Of a stretch of 58,601 nucleotides of DNA, positions 55,172 to 58,601 are shown piece after piece. The stretch spans positions 335,661-394,261 of the forward strand of contig JAYONY010000001.1 of assembly GCA_038121585.1 (NCBI GenBank), written 5' to 3'. Each line of letters opens with the position of its first letter. The first letter of the stretch is position 1. The position numbers were made by a program, and so were the translations under genes. The DNA comes from an archaeon (lineage in GTDB: Archaea; Nanobdellota; Nanobdellia; Pacearchaeales; GW2011-AR1). The notes below the pieces were generated by a model, which was not told where the DNA came from, made no database searches, and was given only the letters and a program-made list of their open reading frames with translations.

Positions 55172-56569
55172 CTACGAAGTTCCCATAAATTTACGCATTG
55201 CTGGATGCATATCAACAGCGTGTTGTTGCGCAACGTTTTGGTAGAGTTGATAGATTATCATAACTGCTAAGAGGATTGCAGTTCCTGAAGTAAGTGCTCC
55301 GAGCTGATCTGCAACTGATGCAAGGAGGCCAATTGCAAGACCTCCCATTACGGTAAGTGGCATGATGTATCGCTTGAGGATTGTTTCAAGAACACGAGGG
55401 TCTTTTCTAAATCCTGGAATTTGTAATCCTGAATTAATTATTTTTTGTGCTTGTCCTGCAGAGTCCATACCTGTTGTTTTAACCCAAAAGATAGAGAAAA
55501 TCATTGCTCCAAGCATGTAGAATATAAGGTGTACTAATGCTTGGCCCACTAGGCTGGCAGTCATTGTGCCAGTAATAATTGCTTCTATAATGTTGCTGGA
55601 ACCAAGCCAATATGCAATACCGCTAATTGGGACGCCATTAGAGAATCCACCGAGGAATGTCGGTCTTCCGAGCCAGTTTTCAAGAAGCCCTGCAAATAGC
55701 TGTATATTCGCTACAAGTGCAGCTACCAAAATAACAGGGATTACTGAGGCATAGAAGAATGCTAATGGCCATTTAACGCCATATCCCCGAATACGGTCAT
55801 AACTGAGAGGGATTTCTACCTTCAGACTTTGTGCCCAAACAACACCTAAGAAGATAAGTGCTGTTACGGCGATTGCAGCAACTGCAAGTAGTAGTGCGCT
55901 TGCATCACCGTTAATTATTGAAGCGATAATAACAAGTACTCGTCCAGTACAAGTGTTTCCAGGTTCACCAAATCCTACAAGACAATTACCTCCTCCCGGG
56001 GTAATAAATCCAAAGAGTGATGTAAAGAGTTGTAACGCTACTCCTGAAACAATAAAGAATGATACTCCTGAACCAAAGCCCCATTTCTGTGATACTTCAT
56101 CCATGAACATGATTGCAAAGCCACCAAGAATTAATTGTACAATAACGAGTCCCTCATACCCTGGCGTCGCCTCAAGCCCTCGCATAAGTACGAATACTAT
56201 TGCTTCAAATACAATAAAGAAGATAACTCCAAGTTTTTGAATCCCTTGAAAAAGTTTTTTACCTTCTTCTGTTTTTGTATCAAGATTCAAAATGCCAGAA
56301 CCAACTAGTAGTTGAAGGATAATTGAACTTGTTACAATTGGCCCAACACCAAGACTGATAATTGAACCGAAATCTGTTCCTAAGATAACTGCAAGAAATT
56401 GAAATCGTTCAAATGCATTAGATGACAATCCGTGTAATGGGATATTGAGCATTATGAAAAATGCACCAAGAACGATTAGTGTCCATTTAAGTTTCGTATT
56501 AAAACTTACCTTCTTTTCATCAGGCTTACGTACTTCCGGAAGATTTTGAATGATTGCTTTGAGCACCAT
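55172..56569 (-). CDS. secY: Preprotein translocase SecY
   Basis: KLKWT, LGVGPIVTSSIILQLL, KWGFGSGVS, QIPGFR.DPR, GTAILLAV. Confidence 0.97.
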   Translation of the reverse strand: MVLKAIIQNLPEVRKPDEKKVSFNTKLKWTLIVLGAFFIMLNIPLHGLSSNAFERFQFLAVILGTDFGSIISLGVGPIVTSSIILQLLVGSGILNLDTKTEEGKKLFQGIQKLGVIFFIVFEAIVFVLMRGLEATPGYEGLVIVQLILGGFAIMFMDEVSQKWGFGSGVSFFIVSGVALQLFTSLFGFITPGGGNCLVGFGEPGNTCTGRVLVIIASIINGDASALLLAVAAIAVTALIFLGVVWAQSLKVEIPLSYDRIRGYGVKWPLAFFYASVIPVILVAALVANIQLFAGLLENWLGRPTFLGGFSNGVPISGIAYWLGSSNIIEAIITGTMTASLVGQALVHLIFYMLGAMIFSIFWVKTTGMDSAGQAQKIINSGLQIPGFRKDPRVLETILKRYIMPLTVMGGLAIGLLASVADQLGALTSGTAILLAVMIIYQLYQNVAQQHAVDMHPAMRKFMGTS

Positions 56570-56615
56570 GGTTGATGTATCAGAAAGGACTTTTTAAAAC
56601 TTGAGGAGAGAGGGT

Positions 56616-57092
56616 TTATTCAGCTACTTTTTCCTTAGTTTCTGCCTTCTTTTGAGTTAGTTCGAGGATAATTTCTCCACCTGCTTTCTTAACTGCTTCC
56701 TGTGCGCCTTTGGTTGCTGCTTTAGCATGGATGGTTAATTTAAGCTCACCAATATCTGTTCCGATAATTTTGAAATTTTTAAGCGTAACTTCGTATGAAT
56801 CTCCTTTTCCAGTTGCAATTTTCTTTGCTACAAGTGTTGGAATATTTTCGCTGATTGTCCGCAGACTCATAGTCTTAACTATTTCGCGCTTAGGTGCTCG
56901 GAGGGTTGTTCGCTTACCAAAGTACTTCTTGCCTGCTACTTTTAGGACTTTCTTGTGGTCTGCTCGCTTTCCACTACCTGCATTTCCAATTCCTCCTCGG
57001 TGTCCCTTACCACGTGCTTTTTTCTTAGCACCACGGCTATGGGTGTGTGTTCCTCGGTGTCGTGTGTTTTTCTTTCGTTTCTTTACGTTCAT
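56616..57092 (-). CDS. rpl15: 50S ribosomal protein uL15
   Basis: RG..THSRG..KK.RGKGHRGG.GNAG, YFGK, VKKAGG. Confidence 0.95.
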   Translation of the reverse strand: MNVKKRKKNTRHRGTHTHSRGAKKKARGKGHRGGIGNAGSGKRADHKKVLKVAGKKYFGKRTTLRAPKREIVKTMSLRTISENIPTLVAKKIATGKGDSYEVTLKNFKIIGTDIGELKLTIHAKAATKGAQEAVKKAGGEIILELTQKKAETKEKVAE

Positions 57093-57232
57093 TCAAAGTC
57101 CTCCATGAGGTCATCTTCCTCCATGGTATTGAAACTGTTGAGTTTCCAGCACTCATTACACTCCTGCGGAGGGTACGTGCTGTGTTCGATGTGACCGCAA
57201 TCACATTGCCATGCATTTGTTACTGATGTCAT
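57089..57232 (-). CDS. 47-aa rubredoxin-like/zinc-ribbon micro-protein (absent from the ORF track)
   Basis: MTSVTNAWQCDCGHIEHSTYPPQECNECWKLNSFNTMEEDDLMEDFE; starts 5 nt after the rpl30 stop; its TGA overlaps the rpl15 ATG. Confidence 0.82.
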   Translation of the reverse strand: MTSVTNAWQCDCGHIEHSTYPPQECNECWKLNSFNTMEEDDLMEDFE

Positions 57233-57237
57233 CGTTC

Positions 57238-57654
57238 TTATAACATGCGCTCGACAAGTTTGCCGATAGCATCTTTGTGGTCGCCGAGCACTCCTTTGTG
57301 CACGCCAACGTGTTTTTTACTGTCTATTCCTCCACGTGGTGGATGAAGCCTGAAAAATGGTTTAATGCCTAATTCTTCAAGGCGTTTTGTAGCTAGTTGT
57401 TTAATCACTGCTTTAGCATCTATTGGTTTGCCGTCTTCTGACTTTCCTCGTATGGTGATGAGTTCTTCAAGTAACGCATCACTTGCAGTGCCGTAAGCTA
57501 CATAATTTCGTACTTTGAGAAGCGTTTTTCGATTCTCAGGTGTGTCTTGAAGTATTACTGCAGCATATTTTCTTCGTAAGCGCATTCGGTGGAGTGTTTC
57601 CTGTACAGCTTTTGGATTATTGACCATGCCAGCAATTCGTATTACGAGTATCAT
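57238..57654 (-). CDS. rpl30: 50S ribosomal protein uL30
   Basis: VIRIAG, TL..MRL, YVAYG, FRLHPPRGG, LVERML. Confidence 0.95.
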   Translation of the reverse strand: MILVIRIAGMVNNPKAVQETLHRMRLRRKYAAVILQDTPENRKTLLKVRNYVAYGTASDALLEELITIRGKSEDGKPIDAKAVIKQLATKRLEELGIKPFFRLHPPRGGIDSKKHVGVHKGVLGDHKDAIGKLVERML

Positions 57655-58580
57655 TTGCGATCCTCCATGTGGAGTTGTGTTGTTTTCTCAAGTGCAGCAA
57701 CACATGCTCGTGCTAAATTGAATGTTGTTCGAATGTGTCCCTTACTTTTACCATATACGTCTTTTACGCCGGCTAGTTGTAAGATCTTCTTCATTTCATC
57801 ACCTACTACCAGGCCCGTTCCTCGTGGTGCTGGCTTAAGCTTAACATGTACGCTTCCACATTTACCTTCTACAATATAGGGGATTGTGTGTGGGTCATTC
57901 TTGTAGTGGTCGTTGTGTTTATCATCAGGGTTTTCAAAACCAAGGCGCATTTTGATAACATTAATTTTAGCATTTCGTACTGCTTTACTACGTGCAGGAA
58001 GTGTTTCTTTTGCTCGTCCATATCCAACACCTACATGTCCTCGACCGTCACCAATAGCTGCCATTGCTGAGAATGTGAGGATATTTCCTTCTTTCGTCTT
58101 CTTTTGCGTTTGTCGCCATGCTCGTCGTTTACCGCCGCCGAACTTACCCTTTGCCTGTCCGATAAGGAGTAGTTCATTTCGTGGCTTAATGAGTGTATCA
58201 ACAATTTCTGGTTCAAGAATTTTCTTGTGATTTGCAAGTACATCATCGATATCTGTAATCTTGCCTGCAAGCACATCTTTCCCAAGTTGTGTTTTAGGAG
58301 CCCACGCAGCAAGTTGCTCGGCTTGTTCTTTAGCTTCTCGTGCTGCTCGCTTCTCTTCAAGGGTAAGTGTTCGTTCATCAACAGGTGTAGCGTCTTGCAC
58401 TGCTTCTGCACGAGAGAGTGCAGGGTCTGCTTTTTCAATTTTGACACCTTCTTCTACGATGATATCCGCATCTTCATTTTCAGGTACTTGCTTTTTATGT
58501 TCCGTAGCATCCTTAGCAAGTTCTTCTGGTGTTGGTTCTACTAAGTCTTTAGGTTGGTTTTTTGTTTCTGGTTCAGCCAT
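57651..58580 (-). CDS. rps5: 30S ribosomal protein uS5 with ~90-aa acidic N-terminal extension
   Basis: WAPKTQLGK, QTQKKTKEG, GKCGSV..KPAPRGTGL, TTFNLARA. Confidence 0.95.
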   Translation of the reverse strand: MAEPETKNQPKDLVEPTPEELAKDATEHKKQVPENEDADIIVEEGVKIEKADPALSRAEAVQDATPVDERTLTLEEKRAAREAKEQAEQLAAWAPKTQLGKDVLAGKITDIDDVLANHKKILEPEIVDTLIKPRNELLLIGQAKGKFGGGKRRAWRQTQKKTKEGNILTFSAMAAIGDGRGHVGVGYGRAKETLPARSKAVRNAKINVIKMRLGFENPDDKHNDHYKNDPHTIPYIVEGKCGSVHVKLKPAPRGTGLVVGDEMKKILQLAGVKDVYGKSKGHIRTTFNLARACVAALEKTTQLHMEDRK

Positions 58581-58601
58581 TTTTCTGATGTACTCCTATA
58601 G

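Noticed and set aside
1-58601. CRISPR array, IS/transposase or defence system
   Set aside because: No regularly spaced repeats, transposase motifs or recognisable defence genes were seen, and the intergenic gaps are too short

Overview
Compact archaeal chromosome segment, most likely from a DPANN (Pacearchaeota/Woesearchaeota-like) organism; the lineage is inferred from gene content and was not database-checked. Left part: FKBP PPIase (partial), PEBP protein, a pilin-type M64-like metallopeptidase plus pilin, XerA, the rpl21e-rpo4-DUF655-rps13/4/11-rpo3-tRNA-Leu-rpl18e-rpl13-rps9 cluster, a MacB-type ABC system, rpo10, Rpp21, a stand-alone 5S rRNA, three more tRNAs (one with a BHB intron) and secF/secD. 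Centre (~18.4-52.5 kb): a ~34 kb N-glycosylation island around aglB, with aglH, three GT-C enzymes, three Wzx-like flippases plus GtrA, seven GT2/GT4 enzymes, WbpB/D/E-like and AglXYZ-like modules, an SDR/formyltransferase/PIG-L module, a kinase/nucleotidyltransferase pair, a CDP-alcohol phosphotransferase variant and three methyltransferases. Right part: SpoIIM-like protein, R15P isomerase, prefoldin alpha and the distal spc operon, which contains a 47-aa Cys4 ORF missing from the ORF track. No CRISPR array, transposase or provirus is evident. The best leads are the glycan-tailoring modules, the pilin-peptidase, the spc micro-protein and a structured, tRNA-3'-end-duplicating element after tRNA-Leu(CAA). 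All product calls come from motif recognition by eye.
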